Shown here: positions 47,144 through 56,906 of the stretch, piece by piece
Numbering within the stretch: position 1 is the first letter of the stretch
Layout of the letters: each line of letters begins with the position of its first letter
Assembly (NCBI GenBank): GCA_030674475.1
Contig: JAUSCZ010000012.1
Location: 319-64,318 of the forward strand
Origin: Candidatus Omnitrophota bacterium
Lineage (GTDB): Bacteria; Omnitrophota; Gorgyraeia; Gygaellales; UBA12090
Direction of reading: 5' to 3'
Length of the DNA: 64,000 bases
Made by a program: the position numbers and the translations under genes
Notes under the pieces: model-generated
What the model saw: only the letters and a program-made list of their open reading frames with translations
What the model was told of the DNA's origin: nothing
The model's database searches: none

Positions 47144-47569
47144 GTGATAAAAAAGCAGGATCATAAGGAAAAATATGGTATATTCGCGGAGAATCCTTAC
47201 GATTTAGCAATGATGTTTTGTATGGAGAGACTCTTGCCATTACTCGAGGAGAAGAATCAAGGCGGAGTGCAACTTATCGCGGAGAGTCGTGGAAAGAAAG
47301 AAGACGATGAGTTGATGTTAAGTTTTTTACGGATTGCTAATCAGGGTACCAGCTACATACCTGCTGTTCGATTTAAAAAGATAAATTTCAAGCTGAAATT
47401 TGTTCCTAAAATGATGAATGTGGTAGGCACGCAGTTAGCGGATTTGGCAGCTTATCCGGTTGCTCGGTATATACATAATCCTAATAAGCAAAATTCAGCA
47501 TACGATATTGTTAAGACAAAATTTTACAAGGGCGAAGGATGGATACAGGGATTGAAAATATTTCCATAA
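47144..47569 (+). pseudogene. 5'-truncated DUF3800-family gene (C-terminal ~140 aa only)
   Basis: 'VVGTQLADLAAYPVARYI' parallels 'GLQAVDMFTWGIFR' of the 36643 copy. The N-terminal DESGD part is absent, and a MITE lies immediately upstream. Confidence 0.5.
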
Positions 47570-47751
47570 AAACAAAAAGCCCCGATTCGCATCAGAGCTT
47601 TTTGCCGACCGGGAATCCCCAGTCCCTTAATTCAATTTCTATATAAAATATACCTCGGAAATAGTTGTTTGTCAAGATATTTCATAGTATAGTAAGATTT
47701 TGGAATTGCTGATTCCAAAAATGGACTTAAAATGGAAATGCGGAAAAAGCT

Positions 47752-50568
47752 ATGAGAGGACATAATAAAGTATATAGTACATTATTTTTTCTGATGAGCC
47801 TCACTTATTTGGCTTCTGGGGGTGTTTGCGCTTACCAGAATTCCAAATACGAGATAGAGGCCAGGGTGGATAATGCCGGCCACTTTATCCGGGCCAAGCA
47901 AAAAGTAACTTTGGTGAATAATTCGGATAGGGCCGTAAAGGAAGCTTATTTTCATATTTATCCTAACCGTAACTACACTGAAAAGGAAAAAAGGTTTATT
48001 TCCCGCTATGCCGCCTACTTTAAGGTGAATCTGTTCCCCGAGGGTTTTCAATCGGGAAGCCTAAAAATAAATTCGGTTTCTTCTTCAGGCCAAAGCCTTA
48101 AATACCAAATTGAAGGAGAAGACCAGACCATATTGAAGGTTGAGTTGGAAAAAGAGGTTGCCGCCGGCTCCTCCGAGGTAGTAGAGTTAGAGTATCAGGT
48201 AGAGATACCTCATGGTTATGGAAGATTCGGCTGGAATAAAAGTATCACCAGTTTACTGCGCTGGTATCCGATGCTTTCGGTATTAGATAAAGAGGGTTGG
48301 CATAATTATCCTTTTTATCCTTATCATCAGCCTTATTTTTCTGAGGCTGCCGATTATTCGGTTAAACTTACTGTGGCTAAGGAGGAGACCGCTATCCATA
48401 GCGGGATATTAAAAGAGGAAAAACAAAACCCGGATGGCAGTAAAACCCTTTTTATTGAGTCCGAGCTTCCTTTGCGGGATTTCGGCCTGGCCTTAAGCCC
48501 GGATTATAAAGTCCAATCCCTGGATGCCGGAGGAATAAAGATAAATTCTTATTATTTGGAAGGCGATGATTTCTACGCTCAAAAAGCGGCGGAATTTGCC
48601 CGGGATTTAATGGAATATTATTCTCAAAAATTAGGCCCCTATCCTTATAAGGAATTTAACATCGCCCCGGTGTATCTGGCCTACGGAGGGACCCAATCCT
48701 CTAATCTTATCCTTATTGATACCCGGGCCTACCGCCTGCCGAAATTTTTAATCCGCTATTTTGACTTTTTGGTTGCCCATGAAACCGGCCACCAGTGGTT
48801 TTACAACTTAGCCGGATCGGATGAATACCAGGAGATGGTGATTGACGAGGGCCTTAATTCCTATTTTATCCTTAAACATCTGGAGAATAAATACGCCCCT
48901 GACGCCCAGGTGATGGTTTTGCCCAAAACTCTAAGCTGGCTTATTCCTAATTTTTCCTTTCACCGGGCCCAGACCGACCGCTACAGCTTCACCGCTGAAA
49001 ACGGCTTGGATTCACCAGCCTTAAATAAGCTTTCCAGCTTCCAGGAGCCCAGCTCTATATTTTCCATCACCTACGGCAAAGGTTCTAAAATATGGGATAT
49101 GCTCAACTATGTGGTCGGCGATGAAATATTTAATAAGATTACGCGGAGGATTTTCGCGGAATACAAATTCAGGAATATTTCCATGCGGGATATTCAAGCC
49201 TTGGCTCAAGAAGAATCCGGACAGGATTTAGACTGGTTTTTCCAGGAGTGGTTTAAGACCTCTAAAAAGTGCGATTATGCCGTCAAAGAGGTTCGAAAAA
49301 ATAAAGTTATTCTGGAAAATCGGGGCGAAATCCGGATGCCGGTTGAACTCTTAGTAGAATTTGAAGATGGGACAAAGCAAAAATTATCCTGGGATGGCCT
49401 GGGAAAAGAAAAAGAATTCTTGCTTGAATATCCGCGAAAAATAAAATCCGTCCAACTGGATCCGGAAAAAAGGCTTTTGGATTTAGACCGGATTAATAAT
49501 AATTGGAAACGCAAAATCGTCCTCAAGCCGGTTCCTTTATATTATCCGATATACGAAATTCCGGTCTTTCTTAAAGACGATGCCTACAGTTTGGTTTTTG
49601 GGCCGCAGATAGGCAGTGATTTAGGGATAAGGGCATCCTTACAAAAGCCCCAGGATAATATCTTATATCTTTCCAGCGGTTATAATTTCGGTGAGCAAAG
49701 GATAAAAAATGTTTTGGGTTTTGAACAGCGCCATTTGGGCGGCCGGCTGCTTAAATGGGGAATCGAGGCCTTTGATTATAATGATACCCACGGCAAAGAC
49801 GACCAGGATGGCTTTAAGCTGTATTTACGTAAAGAACTTTGGCCGGCCAGCTACGGCCTTGCGGACGAGAACGACCACATCAGTCTGTATCTTTTAAAGA
49901 ACCGGGATTTTAAAAGCGCTTTGACCTCCGGGGGATTAGAAGACATCCGCAATTTATATTACCGCAAAGAGGATGAGACCATAGCCGGCCTGAATCTGAA
50001 ATTAGGCCGCTACGGCACTTATCCTGACCCCCGGGAAGGCTGGAAATTTATCTCTACCTTAGAAAACGCCGGGCATTTCCTGGGCGGGGATAATTACTTT
50101 TGGCGCTTAAGCCCGGAGCTAACCCGCTATTTTTCTCTCAATCAAAATCAGATTATAGCCGCCAGGGCCAAGCTGGGCCTGGGTTATCCGGATGACAAAG
50201 GCTTGTTTCAATTAGGCGGAGAAAAAGCCTTAAGAGGCTTTGCGTATAAAACCATCAACGGCTCCCAGGCCGCGATGTTAAATTTGGAATACCGCCGGGA
50301 TATAATTGATAACCTGGATTTGAGGTTTTTTGACAATATTATTTCTTTAGAAAAAATTCAGGGAGTGGGTTTTTTTGATATCGGCAAAAGCTGGTTTAAT
50401 AGTTTTAATCAGCGCGGTTTCAAAAAGGATGTTGGGTTAGGGTTGCGCCTGCATTTTACCTTAGGCTCATTTCTGGAGAAGTTTATCCTGCGCTTAGACG
50501 CCGCCCAACCCCTGAATCAGCCCAAATCCCCGCGCCGCTATTGGTTTGGCCTGGGTCATTCATTTTAG
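47752..50568 (+). CDS. Secreted M1-family (gluzincin) peptidase-like domain fused to a C-terminal Omp85/surface-antigen-like beta-barrel region
   Basis: Signal peptide. 'LVAHETGHQWFYNLAGSDEYQEMVIDEGLNSYF' (HExxH-x18-E). The C-terminal 'LRGFAYKTINGSQAAMLNLEYRR...GVGFFDIGKSW...GLGLRLHFTLG' resembles a D15/Omp85 barrel. Confidence 0.5.
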   Translation: MRGHNKVYSTLFFLMSLTYLASGGVCAYQNSKYEIEARVDNAGHFIRAKQKVTLVNNSDRAVKEAYFHIYPNRNYTEKEKRFISRYAAYFKVNLFPEGFQSGSLKINSVSSSGQSLKYQIEGEDQTILKVELEKEVAAGSSEVVELEYQVEIPHGYGRFGWNKSITSLLRWYPMLSVLDKEGWHNYPFYPYHQPYFSEAADYSVKLTVAKEETAIHSGILKEEKQNPDGSKTLFIESELPLRDFGLALSPDYKVQSLDAGGIKINSYYLEGDDFYAQKAAEFARDLMEYYSQKLGPYPYKEFNIAPVYLAYGGTQSSNLILIDTRAYRLPKFLIRYFDFLVAHETGHQWFYNLAGSDEYQEMVIDEGLNSYFILKHLENKYAPDAQVMVLPKTLSWLIPNFSFHRAQTDRYSFTAENGLDSPALNKLSSFQEPSSIFSITYGKGSKIWDMLNYVVGDEIFNKITRRIFAEYKFRNISMRDIQALAQEESGQDLDWFFQEWFKTSKKCDYAVKEVRKNKVILENRGEIRMPVELLVEFEDGTKQKLSWDGLGKEKEFLLEYPRKIKSVQLDPEKRLLDLDRINNNWKRKIVLKPVPLYYPIYEIPVFLKDDAYSLVFGPQIGSDLGIRASLQKPQDNILYLSSGYNFGEQRIKNVLGFEQRHLGGRLLKWGIEAFDYNDTHGKDDQDGFKLYLRKELWPASYGLADENDHISLYLLKNRDFKSALTSGGLEDIRNLYYRKEDETIAGLNLKLGRYGTYPDPREGWKFISTLENAGHFLGGDNYFWRLSPELTRYFSLNQNQIIAARAKLGLGYPDDKGLFQLGGEKALRGFAYKTINGSQAAMLNLEYRRDIIDNLDLRFFDNIISLEKIQGVGFFDIGKSWFNSFNQRGFKKDVGLGLRLHFTLGSFLEKFILRLDAAQPLNQPKSPRRYWFGLGHSF

Positions 50569-50571
50569 CTT

Positions 50572-51564
50572 ATGATGGATAAAAGGTTATCCAAAGTTTT
50601 TATTTCTTTTCTGGCGGCTGCCTCTTTTTTGTTTCTGAGTGAGATGGGCTTGAGGTTGTTTTGGGAAATGGCTCCTTCGGTGCGCCGGCCGTTTTATCAA
50701 AGAAGCAAGAATCCCTTTATCCGCTACGAGCTTATTCCTAATGCCGAATCCGGAAGTGTCAAAATAAATTCCGCCGGTTTCCGCGGCCCGGAAATAAAAA
50801 TTAAAAAACCCAAGGATACAATACGTATCCTGATGTTGGGCGATTCAGAGTTGTTTTCAATATTACTGCCTGAAAATGACAACCTTAGCCGTCAGCTGGA
50901 GAGGCTCTTAAATGAAAAATCCAGCGGATTAAAATTTGAGGTGATTAATACCGGGGTGGAAGGCTATAATACTTATCAGGAGTTTGAGGTTTTAAAGGAT
51001 AATGGCCTCAAATATACTCCGGATTTGGTAGTCTTGAATTATGTCTTGAATGACCCGGAGCCTGGTGAGTATTATTTCGGGAATAATTTTCTTTCCCGAA
51101 ACAGCGCCTTATACCGTTATAGTATTTACCGGGTTAAAAAAGGCCTGATAAAAAGAGAGCGCAAAAGGCTCAAGATCAAGACCGAACCGGATCATTTTAA
51201 TTATCTGCACAGCGGTGAATCTTTCCTCCATTTAAAAAATACAATCCTGGAAATGGCTTCTAGGCTTGAGGAACGCCGGATAAGGCTGGTGGTCCATATT
51301 TTTCCCGTCTCCAGCCTGGCAGTCAAGGATTTTAAGGAGAATTATCCTTATGGCCATCTACATCAGATGATAAAAGACATAACGCATAAGAATATTATCT
51401 GTGTGGACGCGATAGAGGAGTTTAACCGTTTAGGAATGACGCCGCAAGAGGTTTCCATTAATTACCAATATAACGAGTCCCACAAGAACGCCTTGGCCCT
51501 GGGGGTCATGGCTGAGCTTTTATGCCGGGTATTCAGGGAGAATAAGCTCATTTCCGGCATCTAA
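50572..51564 (+). CDS. SGNH/GDSL-family hydrolase with an N-terminal membrane anchor
   Basis: 'IRILMLGDSELFS' (GDS block). N-terminal TM. Confidence 0.55.
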   Translation: MMDKRLSKVFISFLAAASFLFLSEMGLRLFWEMAPSVRRPFYQRSKNPFIRYELIPNAESGSVKINSAGFRGPEIKIKKPKDTIRILMLGDSELFSILLPENDNLSRQLERLLNEKSSGLKFEVINTGVEGYNTYQEFEVLKDNGLKYTPDLVVLNYVLNDPEPGEYYFGNNFLSRNSALYRYSIYRVKKGLIKRERKRLKIKTEPDHFNYLHSGESFLHLKNTILEMASRLEERRIRLVVHIFPVSSLAVKDFKENYPYGHLHQMIKDITHKNIICVDAIEEFNRLGMTPQEVSINYQYNESHKNALALGVMAELLCRVFRENKLISGI

Positions 51565-51753
51565 AAGCAACAAGAAAAGGAGAAAAAATGATAGAAAAGA
51601 GCGAATACAAAGGAAACCCGATTATCGTGATTAAAAGAACCGAGGATGATAAATATCCTTTTTCTTTCGGGGTAAGTAAGGCCAAGCTGATTCTGGAAAA
51701 TATTGAGGAGATTAAGAAATTCGTGGAAGAAAATCCAGGGAAATAGCCCAAAT

Positions 51754-52191
51754 ATGAAATATACCAAAGGAAAAATCAAGCAGGTATTCTTAGTTAAATT
51801 TGAGAATGAGGATATACTCGCCAAAGAGCTGGAAAAGTTAATCCGTAAGGAGCGTATCCGGTGCGCGGTTTTTGTTTTCTTAGGCGCGCTTAAGCAGGGG
51901 AATCTGGTAACCGGCCCCAAAAAAGCAGTCATTCCGCCTGAACCTAACTGGGTGGCTTTTAAAGACGGCTGGGAGGTTTTGGGTCTGGGCACGGTCTTTA
52001 GCAATAAGTCCGGGCCGCAGATACATATCCATAGCGCGATGGGCAAGAAAAACAAGACCTTAACCGGATGTGTGCGTAAGGATTCTAAGGTATTCATAGT
52101 TATTGAGGCGGTTATCTTTGAGCTGGAGGGCATAAGAGCCCAAAAAGATATTGACCCCCAGACTGGATTAAATATGTTAAAGATATTATAG
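51754..52191 (+). CDS. PPC-domain (DUF296) protein
   Basis: '...GPQIHIHSAMGKKNKTLTGCVRKDSKVFIVIEAVIFEL' fits the PPC fold. The start is placed at MKYTKGK. Confidence 0.5.
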   Translation: MKYTKGKIKQVFLVKFENEDILAKELEKLIRKERIRCAVFVFLGALKQGNLVTGPKKAVIPPEPNWVAFKDGWEVLGLGTVFSNKSGPQIHIHSAMGKKNKTLTGCVRKDSKVFIVIEAVIFELEGIRAQKDIDPQTGLNMLKIL

Positions 52192-52198
52192 GAGAATA

Positions 52199-52855
52199 AT
52201 GAGTACTTATAAGACTAAATCCCTGGATGATCTTGAGCAAAGGATGCGGGAAACTGACCCGGATTCTTTTCGTCAGCATGTCTTAAAGAGCGCCAAGGAT
52301 TTTAAGACTTCTTGGATAGAATTAGGCCGGGCCTTATATACGGTATGGAAGGACAAGTTGTATAAAGAATGGGGTTACAGCACCATAGATACCTACGCGG
52401 CCAAGGAAATCGGTATCCGTAAACAAACGGCAATGAAGCTCTTAAGGAGCTATTCTTTTCTGGAAAAGGAGGAGCCGCAGTATTTAAAAAGCGATTATGC
52501 TGATTCCCAGGACGCGGCTTTGGTGCCCGGATATGAGTCCATTGATGTCTTGCGCCAGGCCAAGAATAAAAAAGATTTGGATAGCCAAGACTATGCGGGC
52601 CTGAAGAAAGCGGTATTTGAAAAAGGCAAAGACGTTCAGGAAGTCAAAAAGGATTTAACCAATTTTATCCGCCAGCGCAGAGAGCTGGAGCCCGAGGAGG
52701 CGCGTCAGGAAAAGCGGCTTTCGGTATTAAAAAGATTTTTGGGTAGTCTAAAAGCCATAACCCGGGAATTAGAAACCGCGAAGCTGGGTTCAGCTTCCTT
52801 GGTTAAGGAAGCGGACAGCTTAATCAAGAAAATAGAAGCTGAGATAAATTTATGA
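52199..52855 (+). CDS. Hypothetical protein
   Basis: ORF with a good start context; no recognisable motif. Confidence 0.35.
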   Translation: MSTYKTKSLDDLEQRMRETDPDSFRQHVLKSAKDFKTSWIELGRALYTVWKDKLYKEWGYSTIDTYAAKEIGIRKQTAMKLLRSYSFLEKEEPQYLKSDYADSQDAALVPGYESIDVLRQAKNKKDLDSQDYAGLKKAVFEKGKDVQEVKKDLTNFIRQRRELEPEEARQEKRLSVLKRFLGSLKAITRELETAKLGSASLVKEADSLIKKIEAEINL

Positions 52856-53142
52856 TGAAGTGTCTAAAGATTAAAATAGGCGGGAAATATATAGAAGCGT
52901 TTTTAATAAGTTTGCAGAGTAAAAATCTTATTCTCTTAAGAGGAGCCCGCGGCTATGTAATGTGCGGATATTTAAATATGAAGGCCGCGGAAAAATTTAA
53001 GGATGTCGCGATAAAAATTACCGGAATATCTACTATTGAAGAGGCATTAAAAACCTCGGTTCATTCCTGCACCAGTTACGCCAAGAAATTAGGCATCACC
53101 AAAGGCCAGCCTATACAAAATGTTTTAAAGATTATTGCGTAA
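52852..53142 (+). CDS. DUF1805 (YunC-like) protein
   Basis: 'IEAFLISLQSKNLILLRGARGYVMCGYLNMKAAEKF' matches DUF1805. Confidence 0.5.
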   Translation: MMKCLKIKIGGKYIEAFLISLQSKNLILLRGARGYVMCGYLNMKAAEKFKDVAIKITGISTIEEALKTSVHSCTSYAKKLGITKGQPIQNVLKIIA

Positions 53143-54266
53143 TGGCGCCATCTCTTTATATCCACATCCCTTTCTGTGAAAAGAAATGTCTGTATTGCGA
53201 TTTTTACAGCCTAGCCTCTCAGGAAAAGCTGGCCGCGGATTATGTCCGGGTGCTGATTAAGCAGATCAGGCGGATAGACGCGCCGGTTTCCAGCATTTAT
53301 ATCGGGGGAGGGACGCCTTCGGTGCTGGGAATAAATTTGTTGGGTCAATTACTCAAAAGCCTCAAGAAAATCATTACTCCGGGAATTGAATTTACTATTG
53401 AGGTTAATCCGGAAAGCTTTAGTAAAAAATCAGCGGAGTTGTTTTTAGAAAATGGGGTAAATCGTTTAAGCATAGGCCTGCAATCTTTTGACGATCAAAA
53501 GCTAAGAAAGTTAGGCCGGATTCATGATTGCCGCAAAGCCCAAGAGGCAGTGGACCTGGCCCAAAAAAGCGGATTTAAGAATATAAGCATTGATTTGATT
53601 TTTGGAGTCTGGGATGAAAAATTTCCGGATTGGAAAAATGAATTACAGAAAGCAGTCAGTCTGCCGGTTAAGCATATATCAGTCTATTCTTTAACCTATG
53701 AGAAAAGCACGCCTTTATCTAAAATGCTCAAGAATGGTTTGATTAAACCTTTAGAAGACGAGGCGGTGGCCGGGATGTATGAATACGCGGTTGATTTTCT
53801 GGAAGGCCGCGGATTTAAACGTTATGAGGTATCCAATTTTGCCCGGGACGGTTATATCTGCCGGCATAATTGCGGTTATTGGCAAAATGAGTCTTATGCC
53901 GGTATAGGCCCTTCGGCGGTTTCCTATCTTGACGGCGTAAGAAAGAAGAATATTCCCGATGTCAAAGAGTATATCGCGAGAATTAAAAAGGGAAGCAGTG
54001 TTATTAAGTCTCAGGAAAAACTTTCTGTTGTCCAGAAAGCCAAAGAAACAGCCGCGCTTAAAATCAGGACTAAGGAAGGGATAAGCCTTGAGTGGTTTAA
54101 AGAGAAGACAGGATTTGATTTCTTAAGGTTAGAAAAATCTTCAATAACCGGCTTGCGGGAAAAGGAACTCATTGACTACGAGAAAAAAGACGGTAAAATA
54201 AAAAGAGTTTCACTTACTAAGAAGGGATTTCTGTTCTGCGATATTGTTTCGAGTGAATTGCTATAA
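53142..54266 (+). CDS. hemW: Radical SAM heme chaperone HemW (HemN-like)
   Basis: 'LYIHIPFCEKKCLYCDF' CxxxCxxC radical SAM motif plus the HemW architecture. Confidence 0.8.
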   Translation: MAPSLYIHIPFCEKKCLYCDFYSLASQEKLAADYVRVLIKQIRRIDAPVSSIYIGGGTPSVLGINLLGQLLKSLKKIITPGIEFTIEVNPESFSKKSAELFLENGVNRLSIGLQSFDDQKLRKLGRIHDCRKAQEAVDLAQKSGFKNISIDLIFGVWDEKFPDWKNELQKAVSLPVKHISVYSLTYEKSTPLSKMLKNGLIKPLEDEAVAGMYEYAVDFLEGRGFKRYEVSNFARDGYICRHNCGYWQNESYAGIGPSAVSYLDGVRKKNIPDVKEYIARIKKGSSVIKSQEKLSVVQKAKETAALKIRTKEGISLEWFKEKTGFDFLRLEKSSITGLREKELIDYEKKDGKIKRVSLTKKGFLFCDIVSSELL

Positions 54267-54284
54267 AAGAGGGAGCTTAGAAGA

Positions 54285-56906
54285 ATGATTTACCGCTTTA
54301 TTGACAACCAGGGGACGTTTAGAGTTAAAGACCCCCACAAATATAATCTTTATTTTCCGCTGACTAACCGGGATGGCAGCCTTTTGAGTTCAATCAGCCC
54401 GAATCTGTCCGGGGATATCAAGAAAGATAACGAACATTTTTTAATGGCTCCGGTAAGTATTGAAGACTTAAGGAGCAATCTCCTCTGCCGGCGGGAATTT
54501 TTTCTTAAAACCGGAGGCCGCTCCCTAAGGCTGTCTTGCGCTTACCAGGATACTTTAGAGGCCGGGCTTCTGTATCATAAAATTATCAAGAGGATAGGTG
54601 CCTTAGAAATAGAAATCCTTACCTTTATCCCTTATGATTGCGCGACGGAGATTACCCGAATCAGCGTCAGGAATAAGGGGAATAAAGAGATAAAGATTAC
54701 GCCGACTTCTTTTATTCCGCTGTATGGCCGTTCGGAAAAATGCCTGCGGGACCACCGCCATGTCAGCTCTTTATTGAACCGGGTCTATCTGGATACCTAC
54801 GGCATCCTGCTGAAGCCGACCATGGTTTTTGATGAAAAAGGGCATAAGGTCAATGAGGTTATTTATTATGCCTTGGGCTTTGAAGGCCAAAAAATAGCGC
54901 CCGTCGGGCAATTTCCCACTCTGGATTATTTTTTCGGAGAGTCGGATGTAACCGCTCCGGACGCCATAGAAAAAAAGGTTAAGCCTGCCTCTAAAAAGCT
55001 TCCCGAATTTGACGGTAAAGAATCCTGCGCGGCCTTTCGCTTTAAGGAAAAAACCTTAAGAAAGAATGATACCGCGGAATATTTTCTCTTTATCGGCATA
55101 GATACCGCTCAGGAAAATATCCAAAATACCTTTAGTAGATTTGATAGCCCTGAGAAAATTCAAAAAAGCCTGGAGGAGACTAAAAAGTATTGGTTGAAGC
55201 ATCTTTCGGCTTTAGAGTTTGATTTTAAGGATAAAAATTACAATAACTGGCTGTTCTGGGTAAAACTCCAACCTACCTTAAGAAAGCTGTTCGGCTGTTC
55301 CTTCCTGCCTCATTTTGATTACGGTAAAGGCGGCCGGGGCTGGCGCGACCTCTGGCAGGACGCCTTAACCTTGCTTCTGACTGAAGCCGGACCAGGGGCC
55401 AGAAGTTTTATCCTGAATAATTTTAAAGGAGTGCGCGTTGACGGCTCTAACGCCACTATTATCACCAAAGACGGAGAATTCATCTCGGACCGCAACCGCA
55501 TCAGCCGGGTGTGGATGGATCACGGAATCTGGCCCTATCTGACCTTACGGCTGTATCTGAATAAGACCGCGGATATAGATATCCTTTTGGAAGAGGATGT
55601 CTATTTCCAGGACCATCAGCTAAGGAGGGCCCGGGAGGTAAACCGGGATTTTCATCACCAGAGCTATATCTTACATACCAAAGATGGCGAGGTTTACCGC
55701 GGGAGCATCTTAGAACATATTCTGGTCCAGAACTTAGTGCAGTTTTTTAACGTGGGCCGGCACAATATTATCCGCTTAGAGAATGCCGACTGGAATGACG
55801 GTTTGGATATGGCCCCGGACCACGGGGAGAGCGTAACCTTTAGCTTTATGTATGCCCATAACTTAGCTGATCTTTGCGGATTCCTGGAAAGGCTGAAGGA
55901 AAAGGTTGAAAAAGTAAATATTTTAGCGGAGTTGACTTTTCTTCTGGATGCCGCGGGAAACTCAACCCAATATAACGATTATTCCTATAAGCACAAAAGA
56001 TTAGATGAGTATCTGAGCCGGGTAAAAAACGTAAGTGGAGATAAAAAAGAAATCATCCTGGAAGATTTGATCGCGGATTTAAAGGCAAAATCAGGGCATT
56101 TATTTAAATGGCTGAGAGAAAAAGAATGGCTTAAGGAGGGTTTTTTTAACGGTTATTATGATAATAAGGGAAACCGGGTAGAGGGAAAGACCGCCGGGCA
56201 GAATATCCGGATGCTTCTTCCTTCCCAGGTCTTTGCCATAATGAGCGGGGGAGCGGATAGCCGGCAGATTAAGCAGGCCTGGACCTCAATAAAAAAATAT
56301 CTCCAAGATAAACAACTAGGAGGATTTCGCCTGAATACCAATTTTAACTCTCACCATAATCTGGATTTAGGAAGGGCCTTTGGTTTTTCTTATGGCGACA
56401 AAGAAAATGGGGCTTTTTTTAGTCATATGGTAGTAATGTTAGCTAATGCTTTATATAGTAGAGGCTTTATTAGTGAAGGCTTTGAGGCCTTTGATTCCAT
56501 TTACAAGATGGCACTAAACGATAGAGGAAAGATTTATCCGCTTATCCCGGAATATTTTAATAATGAGGGAAGAGGACTTTATCTGTATCTTACCGGCTCA
56601 GCCAGTTGGTATATCTATACCTTATTAGAGGAGGTTTTGGGGATAAAGTTCAATTTCGGTAATATCTGTTTAGAGCCCAAGCTTACCCGGAGTAGTTTCA
56701 TTAGTAAGGAAATCAGGGTAAAATTAAGCCTGCGGGATAATCCGGTAGAGGTTGTCTTTACCAGAGAAGTTTCTAAAGATGTTTACCGCGTCCAAGATGT
56801 CTATGTGGGAGATAAAAAACAAATTCTCTCTAAGAATAACCGCTATATCCTTAAAAGAGAAGATTTGAATAATAAAGAAAATCTGATCAAGGTGCGTTTA
56901 GGCTAA
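54285..56906 (+). CDS. Glycoside hydrolase family 94-like (cellobiose/chitobiose phosphorylase-like) protein
   Basis: 'ENADWNDGLDMA' is the catalytic-region hallmark of GH94 (GT36) phosphorylases; ~870 aa. Confidence 0.5.
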   Translation: MIYRFIDNQGTFRVKDPHKYNLYFPLTNRDGSLLSSISPNLSGDIKKDNEHFLMAPVSIEDLRSNLLCRREFFLKTGGRSLRLSCAYQDTLEAGLLYHKIIKRIGALEIEILTFIPYDCATEITRISVRNKGNKEIKITPTSFIPLYGRSEKCLRDHRHVSSLLNRVYLDTYGILLKPTMVFDEKGHKVNEVIYYALGFEGQKIAPVGQFPTLDYFFGESDVTAPDAIEKKVKPASKKLPEFDGKESCAAFRFKEKTLRKNDTAEYFLFIGIDTAQENIQNTFSRFDSPEKIQKSLEETKKYWLKHLSALEFDFKDKNYNNWLFWVKLQPTLRKLFGCSFLPHFDYGKGGRGWRDLWQDALTLLLTEAGPGARSFILNNFKGVRVDGSNATIITKDGEFISDRNRISRVWMDHGIWPYLTLRLYLNKTADIDILLEEDVYFQDHQLRRAREVNRDFHHQSYILHTKDGEVYRGSILEHILVQNLVQFFNVGRHNIIRLENADWNDGLDMAPDHGESVTFSFMYAHNLADLCGFLERLKEKVEKVNILAELTFLLDAAGNSTQYNDYSYKHKRLDEYLSRVKNVSGDKKEIILEDLIADLKAKSGHLFKWLREKEWLKEGFFNGYYDNKGNRVEGKTAGQNIRMLLPSQVFAIMSGGADSRQIKQAWTSIKKYLQDKQLGGFRLNTNFNSHHNLDLGRAFGFSYGDKENGAFFSHMVVMLANALYSRGFISEGFEAFDSIYKMALNDRGKIYPLIPEYFNNEGRGLYLYLTGSASWYIYTLLEEVLGIKFNFGNICLEPKLTRSSFISKEIRVKLSLRDNPVEVVFTREVSKDVYRVQDVYVGDKKQILSKNNRYILKREDLNNKENLIKVRLG

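Noticed and set aside
51561-52133. 190-aa minus-strand ORF overlapping the PPC-domain gene
   Set aside because: The + strand ORF 51754..52191 has a recognisable PPC/DUF296 pattern and proper start context; the minus-strand ORF is low complexity and treated as a shadow ORF.
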